From: an uncultured Bifidobacterium sp.
GTDB taxonomy: Bacteria > Verrucomicrobiota > Verrucomicrobiia > Limisphaerales > JADJPG01
Direction: 5' to 3'
NCBI GenBank assembly: GCA_964491875.1
Contig: CAZBIC010000004.1
Span: forward strand, 132,878-196,877
Length of the DNA: 64,000 nt
Every line of letters begins with the position of its first letter. Within the stretch, counting starts at the first letter, position 1. Below are positions 13,201 to 19,918 of the stretch, piece by piece. The position numbers and the translations under genes were made by a program. The notes beneath the pieces were generated by a model that had not been told where the DNA came from, searched no databases, and worked only from the letters and a program-made list of their open reading frames with translations.

Positions 13201-14736
13201 GTGGCGCAAACGACCAATGGCTACGCGTATGATGCTGCTGGAAGCCGCATACGGTTGGTGCAGGCAGGGACGACCCTGACCAACAATATCAGCGCCGGTT
13301 ACCGGATTGGCCCGGTGCGTAACGCGAGCACGGGTGCCACGAACGAAACCTACGAGTATGACAACGGCGGACGGGTCACGAACATCGTGCGAAGCGGCGT
13401 GACGCTGCGCTTGGGCTTCAATGCCGCCGATCAACTGGCAGCGGTCACGAACGGCGCGACCTGGGTGACCTACCGGCACGATGGCAGCGGACGCCGGACC
13501 GTTTCGACAAACTCGGCGGGCACCGTGCGACGTTTCGTGACCGCACCTACACCGGGCACAGACCTGGAAAGCCCGCACCTTGTCGCCAACGGCAGCGGGA
13601 CATTTCAGCAGGGCTATGTGTTCATGGGCGACGAACCCTTGCTGCGTTTCGATTCTGCCGGGAATCCCGTGTATTACCTCGAAGACGCGATGGGCAGTGT
13701 TGTTGGCTTGGTGAGCAACGGCACGAGCATCGCGACGTTCAGCTATGATGGTTTCGGAAACTTCCGCTCGGTGAGCGGAACCACGAACGCACCGAGCGGG
13801 ACAGGAGGCGACTTCCGCTTCCACGGAGCGTGGCTTGAGACTGACACCGGTCTGCTCCACATGCGGGCGCGGGAATATGACCAGAGGACGGGAAGGTTCC
13901 TGAGCAGAGATCCTCAGCCAGGTGACGGACGTGTGTCTGAAACGTTGCATCCGTATGTTTTTGCGAGCTGCAATCCGCACATCTATGGAGATCCGTCAGG
14001 TGAATTCACAATTGTCGGTCTCAGTTTTGCTGGGGCCATGAACAACGGAATGACGACGTTCAGAAGTGCTGCCGTGTCATACGCAAAGCGGCGAGTCACC
14101 GACAAGATCACAGAGAGTCTCGGCAATGTATTGCTTGAACAACTGAAAGGGTTCCTCGGATTCGATTTTTCTACAGCCGGGGATATTCTGAAGAACGTGA
14201 ACTCAACCTTTGCTGGCCGTGGTTTTGGCAATGCTGGCTGGGCAGCACTCTGCCTCACGTTAGGGAAACTCGAAGGAATGGATGACCAAATTCACCAACA
14301 AGTTGCGGTTCTTGATAAGGGGACTGACGCAGGAGATCCTGTCTCTAGCGGAAGCCATTGCGGAAACATTCGCAATGAACCTCGACTCATGGGAGTTGCA
14401 TTAGGTCGAAGCTTCAGTGTTCCTGATTTCATCATCGGAAACTCGCCTGTGGCCAGCGCTGGACCGATTAGCTACAACAAAACAATGCTGGTTGGGGATT
14501 TTAAGTTCACTGCTGGCACCATGTATCGTGACTATGTTGCCCCCGGTAGTCACAAGGAGCAATTGGATGCAATTAGAATGTATGCTTCTAAACACACATA
14601 CCTCCGAACGTCGGTCTTCGTGGTGCTTCAAAATGATTTGAGCCAGGGACAACTGAATTCCATACGAAATACTTTAGGCCGGCGAATGGTCAGCAAGGGA
14701 GTAATACCGCTTATGGTGGTCATTGTTGGAGACTGA
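1294..14736 (+). CDS. Giant secreted RHS/YD-repeat polymorphic toxin (about 4480 aa)
   Basis: Uninterrupted ORF 1243..14736. ATG at 1294 gives a signal-peptide-like N-terminus (MESNVWKACAGAARAVVALAVVTSHWTAAAQE). It has beta-helix-like and Ig/cadherin-like regions and two vWA MIDAS motifs. Dozens of YD repeats follow (YDxxGN..., e.g. FKYDAKGNVTE, FTFDANGNQLT). The RHS core ends with YDQRTGRFLSRDP...NPHIYGDPSGEF. Confidence 0.92.
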   Translation: MESNVWKACAGAARAVVALAVVTSHWTAAAQERTAQEETKAEPRIIERGPHHRVIERTVTETLPDGRTIQRKSSYTELAQGMHYLKDGQWVESKEEIEIFNGAAVARQGQIQVIFAANLNSPGAIDLLATDGQRFVSHVLGLIYTDYVSGRSVMIAEVKDSIGALTAPNQVTYPDAFEGDCAADVRYTYTRAGFEQDIILRTAPPSPAEWGLDPETTRLEVFTEFLAIPEARATSVTLKREEDEIARQSMKEPDLIDQRLDFGGLHIGQGQAFPLGTTPDPFDESSVPTGKSLEVIDGRTILIEKVDYPAIREQLGHLPKSASLKKDRKIGLPDPGRTMQARLLPSRPAGEPGKWTRKLQASVTAPRAGYVLDYVAHSTSSLTNYHFKSDTTYFITNSATVNFYGTTVIEGGAVIKTGAGSYIHFNGPVDCRTDTYRPAFVTAKDDDSVGEIIVGSTGTPSGYYGYQPIGLKDTSAVYNLHDLRVRHCTYAFTMYSNVRADFSNIQIGNCGRAVAWMNGGATTWRNFLFHDLATYAFQRNGSATNRAEHGTLHRVGTLISSTNSTTFLYLTNSLVIAVTNASVNFQGANNVVSASDSGFFQTVGAATYYLASGSTNRDAGTTNINVDLLKALKTRTTHPPVVLTNRITASTNLAVQAARDTNTPDLGYSYEPLDYVASQISVSNATVTLAEGVVLGVYGASSAHGLRLEDGATLNATGSPLNLCHIVRYNLVQEQANTNWSASSVGRSIVDASWGGSPRPGGQFRFTQWSAPAGGGAHFAGDYTSGPDSAYFGFTDCQFHGGSLSTLAANIAFTNCLFDRVTVTDYSAYSDYYHSTFFGGSLDLDGSFGGHCAINNLFDQTAITANYVTNDFNAYVTNATRISPTGSNDIVLTVTNISYHSGLLGRFYLPTNVTSHNPLFDAGSTNAAAVGLYHHTTTTNQVKETNSVVDFGFHYVALNGSKVSVDTDGDGLADYIEDTNGNGATDGSEASHANPVLNLVSTMTYIKRGPARRFDTNGIAYDSDSAHLGGASLTVSITSGGESGDRLAVRNRGTNAGQISVSGSLISYGGTIIATNSGGTGTTPLVVSFNANAVNASLQALVRNLTFQNLSNNPASSNRTVKFELSDGRGGTNSLTTQAIHIVCPDAIDVMVLFDVSVSMVGLYTNGVLSGYDTNRFWMAKAAASNFVGTLEFPGDRAGLISFAGGAQIRVPLTNNGPAVQASIYSQTNQNGTILDPAIHLARTNFTGSGSNTLRVMLILSDGEEAPYSNLTNTIAAAHDARDADIRIISIAFYSGWDVFTNSNDGGTNLMKAIASSERDFYLAPSFNDMQSNFNAVAHSLCRGNAFPTVAITSPTNTAGFNAPANIPITVSASDDGSVTNVAVFIGATNYANLTAPPYTVTWSNALGGSYALKAVATDDGGQSSTSSVVNITVNMQLPEIAIVDPEDSSHYAAAVSLLIRAAAVDVDGYITNVIFYTNGVHAMQLTNPPYQMPWTNLPAGSNQVHAKAWDNDGQTRTSITNLFVVDPCSQVGITNLTLSTNSVTAGSGLTATVTLTNNAPAGGQMVELSVNSPNVSIPASVLVPAGTNKVTFLIDTFNTAFGDSAAIIARTPVSGRTNTLTIAGLEFSSTQYRGVCGPMDVAILIDFSSSMGNAIVNIKNHLQDFLDNIEIASAGDYRLSLVTFDSNIYVKEPFAFTNRVSFSNSLELVNAHPDGGFTEPSDEALNMVINNLTTNGRPRQYQAFTNGFRHEAKKIIVLITDEPPAGFSGDYEVGTDDVNAHRRAVEAALKGITISAIRTWQSDYNFPVAEPIMQDYAEVTGGIYALGENGSADLHELLDAVIARCGADVGEVVTTRDDARQQSFTGISLGQDNASVAAVESSTFDLTGIEKSVTAAHLRRSGQLRLNYGSRFDLSLGVASVLDSDLQSYAPPTRSAHLTAIGAGYTTNWHLPFSFFSDINGYAGGLYPLALVDRVSSLCGNNFGVTDIPQHDSPTGKNTLTVKSLAAFEVAQGRCRDFVLTGSSAPCSGCGASWEILRYDEVIASECAPNGWSVESDHGIYGGVNVCAPLDATTGNRYEVRFLDGASPRSGYFSVLPAAAQNTAPVLKPVELSHPLCSTNTAVIVTVSLDAPAQGDGAYVAVSCTGITNARIPAYIHIAPGGSSASFTFRPAYVSSNTPFTVTANYNGERRTTGTVIIETTPVDVPQNVVAQSDSRRIAVSWDAVPQATSYNVWRGIDSFTTNAVLIQVGTMRPCFVDTNPFSGGNCYFIEAVNLNGTAMSAQTNLSYCQTFTPTAVLRPHITPHGGRFNDFAWFTVSCETTNAELWCSTNGVLPVRYGSGSFEVTNGVPFQLTASWQVIAQAFVGSSTSLVDKADFHIAQPTPLGCGSNITSMLAVTNQPSVFKGSGHYGARYSFTGRRGDVVTISVSSTEFTPDLNLTDPNGELVLQSGYPASLLNSFSPKLVHTLKTNGTYYVEVTSVYQFETGDFTLGIDCDPTAELDVFFGTTNVVSGTAYDLGLVNTGATAQLTFWLTNSGSAPLTFSSISLAPAGRFTFSPTNLTILATNSATNLAVTFHATNTGPVTGTLTLVNNDDPDDTAAGYEFEDPFVITFEAFVNPPGGRPIVYPAGLTNGQVLTTPPTLALNATAISTNGSSITQAQFRVTGPVSFMTNGSLVSGVATSGTWRVDWANAPGGSYSLKVLAMDAGGRAAFSTNVSFIVNTPPVAGDDAFDLSMNVTNELGVLANDSDPDGQAIMVTNIVTQGAKGTASVADGVIYYVPTNNAYGRDTFRYAIADSYGARATGTVAVLIRPSGQFFTTLYFNTTQITNPPSHTLLTGPTNVIGTASSDFLDYWVLDYRRRTPGVSAWTKIATATTNVTLGYLGTFDPTTLPNGQYDLRVTLTDFFGNSQDSQTLVLVTENQKIGQFTLAFTDLQIPVSGLPITLTRTYDSRNTESGDFGIGWSLDVNSVRLEKSGLMGEDWAATIGTSFNGSQAQIDETVTHLVTVTFPGGKVYRFYPVLSLNDSDTPRTGSVGLDAAWASFTYAPVPGTSGKLREINRTRFLDVSYPYIDAPITFHDSRGTPNDVSENDDAGPIYDPKEFEFETLDGRIFQFNAAGKVVKMWDRVGNSLTFNSDGVIHSSGKSVKFVRDAAGRITEIYDPNGLDTNGVPTGPAALRYTYDSAGNLVAAHQLARRDTVKYFTTGFGYTNTWYPHYLTDIDDPRGIRAIRNEYGDDGRLKSTTDANGKTIHYVHDLDGKTETIVDRLGHTNLFKYDAKGNVTESVNALNHTNRFTFDANGNQLTHTDPLGNTTTNVFDANDNLLSVTLPHKPGENPAAFTTRFTYDDHGNQTSITLPTGAVISNTVDAATGDLLAVRAGTNLITSFAYDLNGNVTAEGDKFGTNGFAYDAFGNATHMTNTLGQVIESGYDLNGNLTNLVDGGVTSRFDYDGMNREAFSDYGNGITLSNSFESHLDWTSVDAPTIGHMERRFDDQGRLAGWKTVNGATPGFAYNDNGQLEYETNSIGQVTRHFYDAAGRQTVVQNLTTGATSGSGFDAAGRRIAETNALGGFTLYTYNPDGSLAAMTNAFLTNGWVYSYETGGGCCGGSGATATVKDPLAREITSVASSYGLPLQTIRRASAGATGANAATNSITYFSGMVSPEQEAEDYPTAITDEGGRTRNLEYNPSGQLRRASDLSGSAWWTNWFGGPNNQISRMDSPTRELTSYYYDALENVSAIKFPDNNSLTNHYDSANRLNGVRLPSGTLLTNVFDSAGRLTNRQARVNGTVTESVGLNYNANDAVTIMTDNTGATTNVFDAAGRLIGIDYPTGASVRYGHDLLGRVTSITNKASGGGSAYVTRYVHDALSQVTQVIDHWNRTNRFEYDSVGRRFKRTLANGVVSEWKYNWKDQVTNLTHKTSGGTTLASMAYERLAGGEPSKITREDGSYVELKYDSALRLTNEVYFTNSVAQTTNGYAYDAAGSRIRLVQAGTTLTNNISAGYRIGPVRNASTGATNETYEYDNGGRVTNIVRSGVTLRLGFNAADQLAAVTNGATWVTYRHDGSGRRTVSTNSAGTVRRFVTAPTPGTDLESPHLVANGSGTFQQGYVFMGDEPLLRFDSAGNPVYYLEDAMGSVVGLVSNGTSIATFSYDGFGNFRSVSGTTNAPSGTGGDFRFHGAWLETDTGLLHMRAREYDQRTGRFLSRDPQPGDGRVSETLHPYVFASCNPHIYGDPSGEFTIVGLSFAGAMNNGMTTFRSAAVSYAKRRVTDKITESLGNVLLEQLKGFLGFDFSTAGDILKNVNSTFAGRGFGNAGWAALCLTLGKLEGMDDQIHQQVAVLDKGTDAGDPVSSGSHCGNIRNEPRLMGVALGRSFSVPDFIIGNSPVASAGPISYNKTMLVGDFKFTAGTMYRDYVAPGSHKEQLDAIRMYASKHTYLRTSVFVVLQNDLSQGQLNSIRNTLGRRMVSKGVIPLMVVIVGD
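4730..5310 (+). other. vWA domain 1 inside the RHS protein (approximate bounds)
   Basis: MIDAS-type DxSxS motif DVMVLFDVSVSM, with downstream ILSDGEE. Confidence 0.6.
6205..6830 (+). other. vWA domain 2 inside the RHS protein (approximate bounds)
   Basis: DVAILIDFSSSM MIDAS motif, with downstream VLITDEPP. Confidence 0.6.
10080..13989 (+). other. YD-repeat shell plus RHS-associated core region
   Basis: Starts near FTLAFTDLQIPVSGLPITLTRTYDSRN. Repeated YDxxG units continue up to the core motif. Confidence 0.8.
14008..14733 (+). other. C-terminal toxin tip (about 240 aa) with PD-(D/E)xK nuclease-like motif
   Basis: Lies after DPSGEF. Contains SVPDFIIG (D codon at 14425) and LVGDFKF (D 14497, K 14503). 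G+C drops visibly from about 14.0 kb. Confidence 0.5.
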
Positions 14737-14747
14737 AGTTGAATCAA

Positions 14748-15758
14748 ATGAAAACCCCGCAAAATAAGAAGTTAATTCAGGCAATCTTGAACGACGACAC
14801 AGCGAAAGTGAAGTCGATGGTGGAACGCGGGCTCGACCCGAGGAAACGAATTAAGTGGAGTTCGATCGAGAATTTCACGCCACTTGAGTCGGCGGTAGCC
14901 AACAACTCCGTGTCCGTCATCACATACCTGCTCAAAGCCGGAGTGCCAGCAGACGATCCTCATGACCATTCATCTCCCCTAATGCGTGCATGCGCTATTG
15001 GCAATGTGAAGGTTATCGAACTGTTGCTTGCAGCCGGTGCTGATGTGAACCGTGAACAACGCTCTCCTTCATCTGATCGCGGGACCACAGCTTTGATGAT
15101 CGCAGCTAGTCGTGGTTATTTGCCTATCGTCAGGATGCTGTTAGACACAGGAGCAGATCCTAAAAAGCATACTCGTCTTGGCGCGAATGCTATTTCGCAG
15201 GCTGTTCCAAAAGGTAACTTGCCGGTAGTTAAGGAATTGGTTCGGTCTGGATGTCCTGTAACCGGCAAAGCTGTTATCCTGTCCGCCGATACAGGGAATT
15301 TGGATTTGCTCAAACTACTGCTTAAAGAGGGCGGAGATCCAAACTTTGTTGACGACGGAGTCCCCCATAAACACCTAAAGGGAGAGACAGCGTTGAGCAT
15401 TGCCGCGCGAAATAAGAACATAGATTTGGCAAAGTGTTTGATTGAGAATCGAGCCGATCCAAACCTCCCAGCGAATAAACTTTATCCTTTGTCGGGTGCA
15501 GCTTTTCAAGGCGATTTCAGAATGGTGAAGCTTCTTTTGGACGCTGGAGCCAAAACGGAAGTGGTTAATTTGGCGGGATACACTCCTCTAGGTTCCGCTT
15601 GTGAGATGGGGCACACTGAAATTGTGAAGCTACTGCTTTCGCATAATGCGGACTCAAGGGGTAAGGGGCGCAATCAGCTTGGAAGAGACGGTGAAACGCC
15701 AATCGAATTGGCCCAGCGAAAAGGTCACACGATGTTGCTGCACCTACTTCAAAAATAA
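14748..15758 (+). CDS. Ankyrin-repeat protein, putative cognate immunity protein
   Basis: ORF 14739..15758 begins 3 nt after the toxin stop (TTG 14739, ATG 14748). It has multiple ANK repeats (TPLESAV..LLKAGV, SPLMRACAIGNVKVIELLLAAGADVN, TALMIAASRGYLPIVRMLLDTGADP). The gene is lower in G+C. Confidence 0.85.
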   Translation: MKTPQNKKLIQAILNDDTAKVKSMVERGLDPRKRIKWSSIENFTPLESAVANNSVSVITYLLKAGVPADDPHDHSSPLMRACAIGNVKVIELLLAAGADVNREQRSPSSDRGTTALMIAASRGYLPIVRMLLDTGADPKKHTRLGANAISQAVPKGNLPVVKELVRSGCPVTGKAVILSADTGNLDLLKLLLKEGGDPNFVDDGVPHKHLKGETALSIAARNKNIDLAKCLIENRADPNLPANKLYPLSGAAFQGDFRMVKLLLDAGAKTEVVNLAGYTPLGSACEMGHTEIVKLLLSHNADSRGKGRNQLGRDGETPIELAQRKGHTMLLHLLQK

Positions 15759-15766
15759 GTCGGCAC

Positions 15767-15812
15767 CCAACCGCACTGGCGTCGTAGTCGTATGACGCCA
15801 GCGGGCGGTTGG
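15767..15812. terminator. Strong hairpin between convergent genes (bidirectional terminator candidate)
   Basis: CCAACCGCACTGGCGTC (15767-15783) pairs with GACGCCAGCGGGCGGTTGG (15794-15812). Confidence 0.5.
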
Positions 15813-15820
15813 CATTCGGA

Positions 15821-16111
15821 TCAGGTGCCGGTGATCTGGCGCATGGCGTCGTGGAAGCTCATGCCATACACTTGCGTGAAGAAGTCGATGGCGTTGCCGG
15901 CCTGGTTGCGTTCCGGCCAGTGCCAGTAGCTGTCTTTGAGGATCTGTCCGGGATGCGAGGGCAGCTCGTAGTTGCCGGCTTCGCGTTCGACGGGGAGGAG
16001 GCCGCGCCGTTGGAGCAGCGCAACCAGCGGGGTGAGGCGGGCGGCGCGGATTTGTTCGCGGGTCCAGCGCGGAGCGGCGGCGTGCGCTGGTTTAGACGAG
16101 GGGTTGGTCAC
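15821..16111 (-). CDS. Short protein resembling the N-terminus of mobile-element primase/Toprim-type proteins (probable remnant)
   Basis: 96 aa. LTPLVALLQRRGL...WHWPERNQAGNAIDFFTQVYGMSFHDAMRQI resembles the N-terminal module of ICE/plasmid primase-like proteins. No Toprim part follows. Confidence 0.35.
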   Translation of the reverse strand: MTNPSSKPAHAAAPRWTREQIRAARLTPLVALLQRRGLLPVEREAGNYELPSHPGQILKDSYWHWPERNQAGNAIDFFTQVYGMSFHDAMRQITGT

Positions 16112-16406
16112 AGTCTCTCCTCCAGTGGGGTTGGATGACGACGCGGTTGACTTGCTTGAGATCGACGATGCGGGTCTGGTCGCGGATGGCTTCGATGAGC
16201 GAGCTCAGGCAGAGGTTGCGGGTGCGGCGCAAGTGTAGAGAGGAAGTGGCCACGTACGACACCGGTGAGCGGTTTCGGATGTCTATTCGGTACAAAGACG
16301 GCACATTGTACGACAGGAATTTGGAAAATAGCAGCGCGGGTCGTTGTTGATTCCGGCATTAAATCATGATGAGATGGAAATCTGATCCAGATTCATTCCA
16401 TCTACC

Positions 16407-18926
16407 ATGAGATCTAAAGCAATGCGATTCCTACAGGAGTGGAGGTGGTCCCAGATAGTGTGGGTGTTGGCTGTCTTTCATCTGCTGACAGTGGAAGACG
16501 GAGCCGCATCGATATTGGTGGTGAGTAACGCAAATGATGCGGGGCCGGGAACTCTCCGTCAGGCGATCATCGAAGCCAACGCCACCCCTGGCCCGGACGA
16601 GATTCATTTTGGACCGCGTTTTTTCCCGTGGATCATGTTGAGCAACGCCTTGCCGTCCATCACTGATCCGGTGGTCATTGATGGGACGACGTCTCCGTAT
16701 TGGTTTTTTGCGCCGATCGTCAAACTCGACGGGCAGTGGAGCGTTTATGGCAATGGCTTAACCATCCAAGCCAGCAACTGCGTCATCAAGGGCTTGGACA
16801 TTCGTCGATTTAACGGAGCGGGCCTTTGGATCGGCGGGATGAGCAATGTCGTTCAGCGGTGCTGGTTCGGAATAGACACGGATCGTTGGGCTTACAACGT
16901 GTGGGGAGTGGTGGTGCATGGCAGTTACAATCTCATCGGTGGCACAACCCGGTATGCGGGCAACTGGATCAGTGGAAACCGGTCGGCGAACATCTTGTTG
17001 CGAGATGTCGGCACGAGTTTCAATCAAATCTGCGGCAACATCATTGGGCCGGATCTCACCGGACAGCAACCGGCCCCCAACCAGTCGATTGGCGTCCAAA
17101 TCGAATCGGGAGCGACAGACAATATCATCGGAGGGACGGAATTTGGTGCGGGCAATATCATCAGCGGCCTGCCGGGCACGGGCTTGTATGTCAGTGGAGC
17201 GAACACAGTGATTCAAGGAAACTGGATCGGACTCAGTTACTATGGACAAGGGCCGTTGGGCAACGGGGTCGGGTGCAGGGTCGTCGGCTTTGGCGGTGGA
17301 ACGGTGATCGGAGGCGCTGATCCGGCCGGTCGCAATATCATCGCTTACAGCGCTTCGGCGGGGATCGTAGTCAAAGACGCCGCCAACGTCGCGCTGCTGG
17401 GCAATGCCATTTACGGCAATGGTGGACTCGGCATCGACCTGGGCGGCGATGGAGTGACAACGAATGACGTTGCCGACCGGGATGATGGCTCCAATCGCTT
17501 GCAGAATTATCCCACGATATTCTCGGCATCAGGAGATGGCTCAGTTACCGGGGTGGTGACCAGTGCTCCAAACGCCAGCTTCCGGATCGAGTTCTTCAGC
17601 AACTCCTCGTGCGATCCCAGCGGATACGGCGAGGGAGAGAGTTTTGCCGGCACAATCACGCTGCAAACGGGGACGAACGGGGTCGGGACATTCAGTGGAT
17701 TGGTCACGTTCGCTCCCGGTCAGTTTTTCGTTTCGGCAACGGCGACGGATGAGGCGGGGAACACGTCCGAATTCTCACCATGCCTGCCCATCGCCAATGC
17801 GGTGCCGCGCTTCGTGAAAGGACCGGACCAGATGGTCAACGCCGATGCCGGATTGCAATTTGTTTATGGTTGGGCGACGGGGATCGATCCCGGCGGTCCG
17901 GGCGAAATGTTCCAGGTGATCTCGTTTGTGGTGACGAACGACAATCCGGCGCTGTTCTTGGAACAACCCGTGGTTGATGAACTGGGCACGCTCCGGTTCA
18001 GTCCCGCGCCCGGTTCCAGCGGCACGGCAATTGTGACGGTGGTTTTGAAGGATGATGGTGGAACTGCCAATAACGGCCACGACACATCGGACCCGCAGCA
18101 GTTTTTAATCACCGTATTGCCAGTGAATCACCCGCCAGTGGCGGTCGCTCAATTTTTCGCTCGCGGGATTCTGGAATCGAACGAATTCCAGATGGCAATC
18201 ATCTCGGGCAATCGGACGAATGTGCAGGTGGTTTTCGACGGGGCGCAATCCTCGGACGTCGATGGCGACAGACTGGAGTACGAGTGGCTCGAAGAAGGAA
18301 TGACCGCCCCCTTCGCCATCGGCGCGCGGGCCACGAATTTTCTGACGGTTGGAACCCACGATGTTTCGTTGCGCGTATCCGATGGAATCCTTAGCGATAC
18401 CGATGCGCGAAGCATCATCGTCATCACGACATCAGAAGCCGTCAGGCGGTTAATTCAACAAGTCAGGGATTCCGGTCTCTCCGAATCGCGCAAACGCGCG
18501 TTGGTGTCCGTGATTCAAGCGGCGTTGGCGCAATTGGAACGCGGCCACACCCGAGCCGGGTTGGTTTTGTTGAGCGTTGTGGAGCGGTTTGTCCAGGTAG
18601 CCATTGTCCGGATCGATCCGGAGACCGCACAATCGTTGTTGTTCACCATCCGGCCCATCATCGACGCGGTGCGATCCGCAATCGTTCACAACCCACCGCG
18701 AGAGACGGAGAGCACGCGCTTGGATTGCACGCTCAGTAATAGATACATCACCATACGCTGGCCTGTCGCGGGTGCTGGGTTACGGCTTGAGGAAAAGGAT
18801 CTTCACAAGGCAACAACGGAACCTTGGATGCCGGTGGTTGGGCTATATGAATCCAATGCAACGCACTTCTTCATCTCGTTACCTGCCGGTTCCGGAAACA
18901 GGCTCTACAGGCTGAGTCAATGGTAG
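16407..18926 (+). CDS. Secreted parallel beta-helix protein (CSLREA / choice-of-anchor-Q-like N-terminus, Ig/PKD-like domains)
   Basis: Signal-like N-terminus, then NDAGPGTLRQAIIEANATPGPDEIHF. Repeated GN.I.G beta-helix rungs follow, then a NHPPVA...DGDRLEYEW PKD-like segment. Confidence 0.8.
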   Translation: MRSKAMRFLQEWRWSQIVWVLAVFHLLTVEDGAASILVVSNANDAGPGTLRQAIIEANATPGPDEIHFGPRFFPWIMLSNALPSITDPVVIDGTTSPYWFFAPIVKLDGQWSVYGNGLTIQASNCVIKGLDIRRFNGAGLWIGGMSNVVQRCWFGIDTDRWAYNVWGVVVHGSYNLIGGTTRYAGNWISGNRSANILLRDVGTSFNQICGNIIGPDLTGQQPAPNQSIGVQIESGATDNIIGGTEFGAGNIISGLPGTGLYVSGANTVIQGNWIGLSYYGQGPLGNGVGCRVVGFGGGTVIGGADPAGRNIIAYSASAGIVVKDAANVALLGNAIYGNGGLGIDLGGDGVTTNDVADRDDGSNRLQNYPTIFSASGDGSVTGVVTSAPNASFRIEFFSNSSCDPSGYGEGESFAGTITLQTGTNGVGTFSGLVTFAPGQFFVSATATDEAGNTSEFSPCLPIANAVPRFVKGPDQMVNADAGLQFVYGWATGIDPGGPGEMFQVISFVVTNDNPALFLEQPVVDELGTLRFSPAPGSSGTAIVTVVLKDDGGTANNGHDTSDPQQFLITVLPVNHPPVAVAQFFARGILESNEFQMAIISGNRTNVQVVFDGAQSSDVDGDRLEYEWLEEGMTAPFAIGARATNFLTVGTHDVSLRVSDGILSDTDARSIIVITTSEAVRRLIQQVRDSGLSESRKRALVSVIQAALAQLERGHTRAGLVLLSVVERFVQVAIVRIDPETAQSLLFTIRPIIDAVRSAIVHNPPRETESTRLDCTLSNRYITIRWPVAGAGLRLEEKDLHKATTEPWMPVVGLYESNATHFFISLPAGSGNRLYRLSQW

Positions 18927-19287
18927 CAGCATCTCAGAAGACTTCAGTATTGTTCCCCCTATAGTTGGCTAAAGCGAGATATGGCCTATTGTTATGGAGA
19001 TTCTTCGCGAGTTGTAGATCTCGTAGATCGAGAACAGCTTTTCCGTTTTGACGCACAGCAAGCGTTGCTGTCCAAAACTCGACCGACCAGCGTCATGGCT
19101 ATCCGCCACGACGTGACTGGCGCATGCCTGCCGCCCGTTGTCGCGTTCCGAATCTCTAGGTTGCAGCAGTAACTTCCCGAATACGTTCACGATTCAGCAA
19201 GCCCAAATTCGACTGACGCGGCTCCCTCACTTTGGCCGGGTTGCTGAACTTGAGCCGTTGGTGGAGTCCGCGTATCGACAAATTATT

Positions 19288-19582
19288 ATGCTCTTTATCA
19301 ATCTCGTCGGACTGGTTCTGAATCTCATCGGTACTATTGTCGTGTGCTTTTCCGCGGGTAGTTTATTGACGCAGATTCATACAGCCTTGATGGCGCATCA
19401 GACGACCTTGGAAGCATATTTGGGAGGTGCCGAGTATTCCGCTATTCACCGGCCTCGATGATGGCCGGGAGAAAGCGTTGAAGCTGGCGGATACACGTTT
19501 ACGTGCCGGCCTGTGGATTGTTGTCGCAGGCTTCATTTTGCAGGCGGTCGCAGCCGTCGCACCATTGTTTGCGAAGAGTTGA
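19288..19582 (+). pseudogene. Possible frameshifted small two-TM membrane protein
   Basis: MLFINLVGLVLNLIGTIVVCF...EAYLGGAEYS stops at 19459-19461. The next frame continues with LFTGLDDGREKALKLADTRLRAGLWIVVAGFILQAVAAVAPLFAKS to a stop at 19580. Confidence 0.25.
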
Positions 19583-19918
19583 TTTGATGTCCGTGCGGCG
19601 GGCCGGTATTGTTCGTTTATCAGAGTGGCAGGCGAGGTTCACGTATGGCCACGCCTACGTCGTGTCCGACGTGCGGCACAGAGTATTTTCTCGATCCGCC
19701 GTTCGACTCGCTACCAGAACCTCCGCCGGGTGAATCACTCGCACCGGCAGAAGTCATTCAGATACGCAAACGATGACAACTAATGCGCCTTCGCAAACTC
19801 GACCAGCGGGCTCTGGTTGCAATCCACGCGTAATCCCGGACGCGCTCCAATGAATACTTCGTCAGCCTGTCCCTGCAAGTCACCGTGGTGTGCTCGCATT
19901 TCAGGAGAAGCTTGATTC

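Noticed and set aside
8665-13980. Very long antisense ORFs inside the RHS gene (8665..11892, 1075 aa; 12178..13980, 600 aa)
   Set aside because: They fully overlap a strongly supported sense gene. Their products are low-complexity Arg/Ala/Gly/Val-rich with no motifs. These are typical shadow ORFs of high-G+C DNA.
1294-14736. RHS protein as a T6SS effector
   Set aside because: There is no PAAR domain motif, VgrG, Hcp or other T6SS gene in the window, and the N-terminus looks like a Sec signal.
19645-19776. 43-aa ORF with CPTCG half zinc ribbon
   Set aside because: It is too short, has a single CxxC pair and no RBS or conservation evidence. It is mentioned only as part of the junk-like flank.
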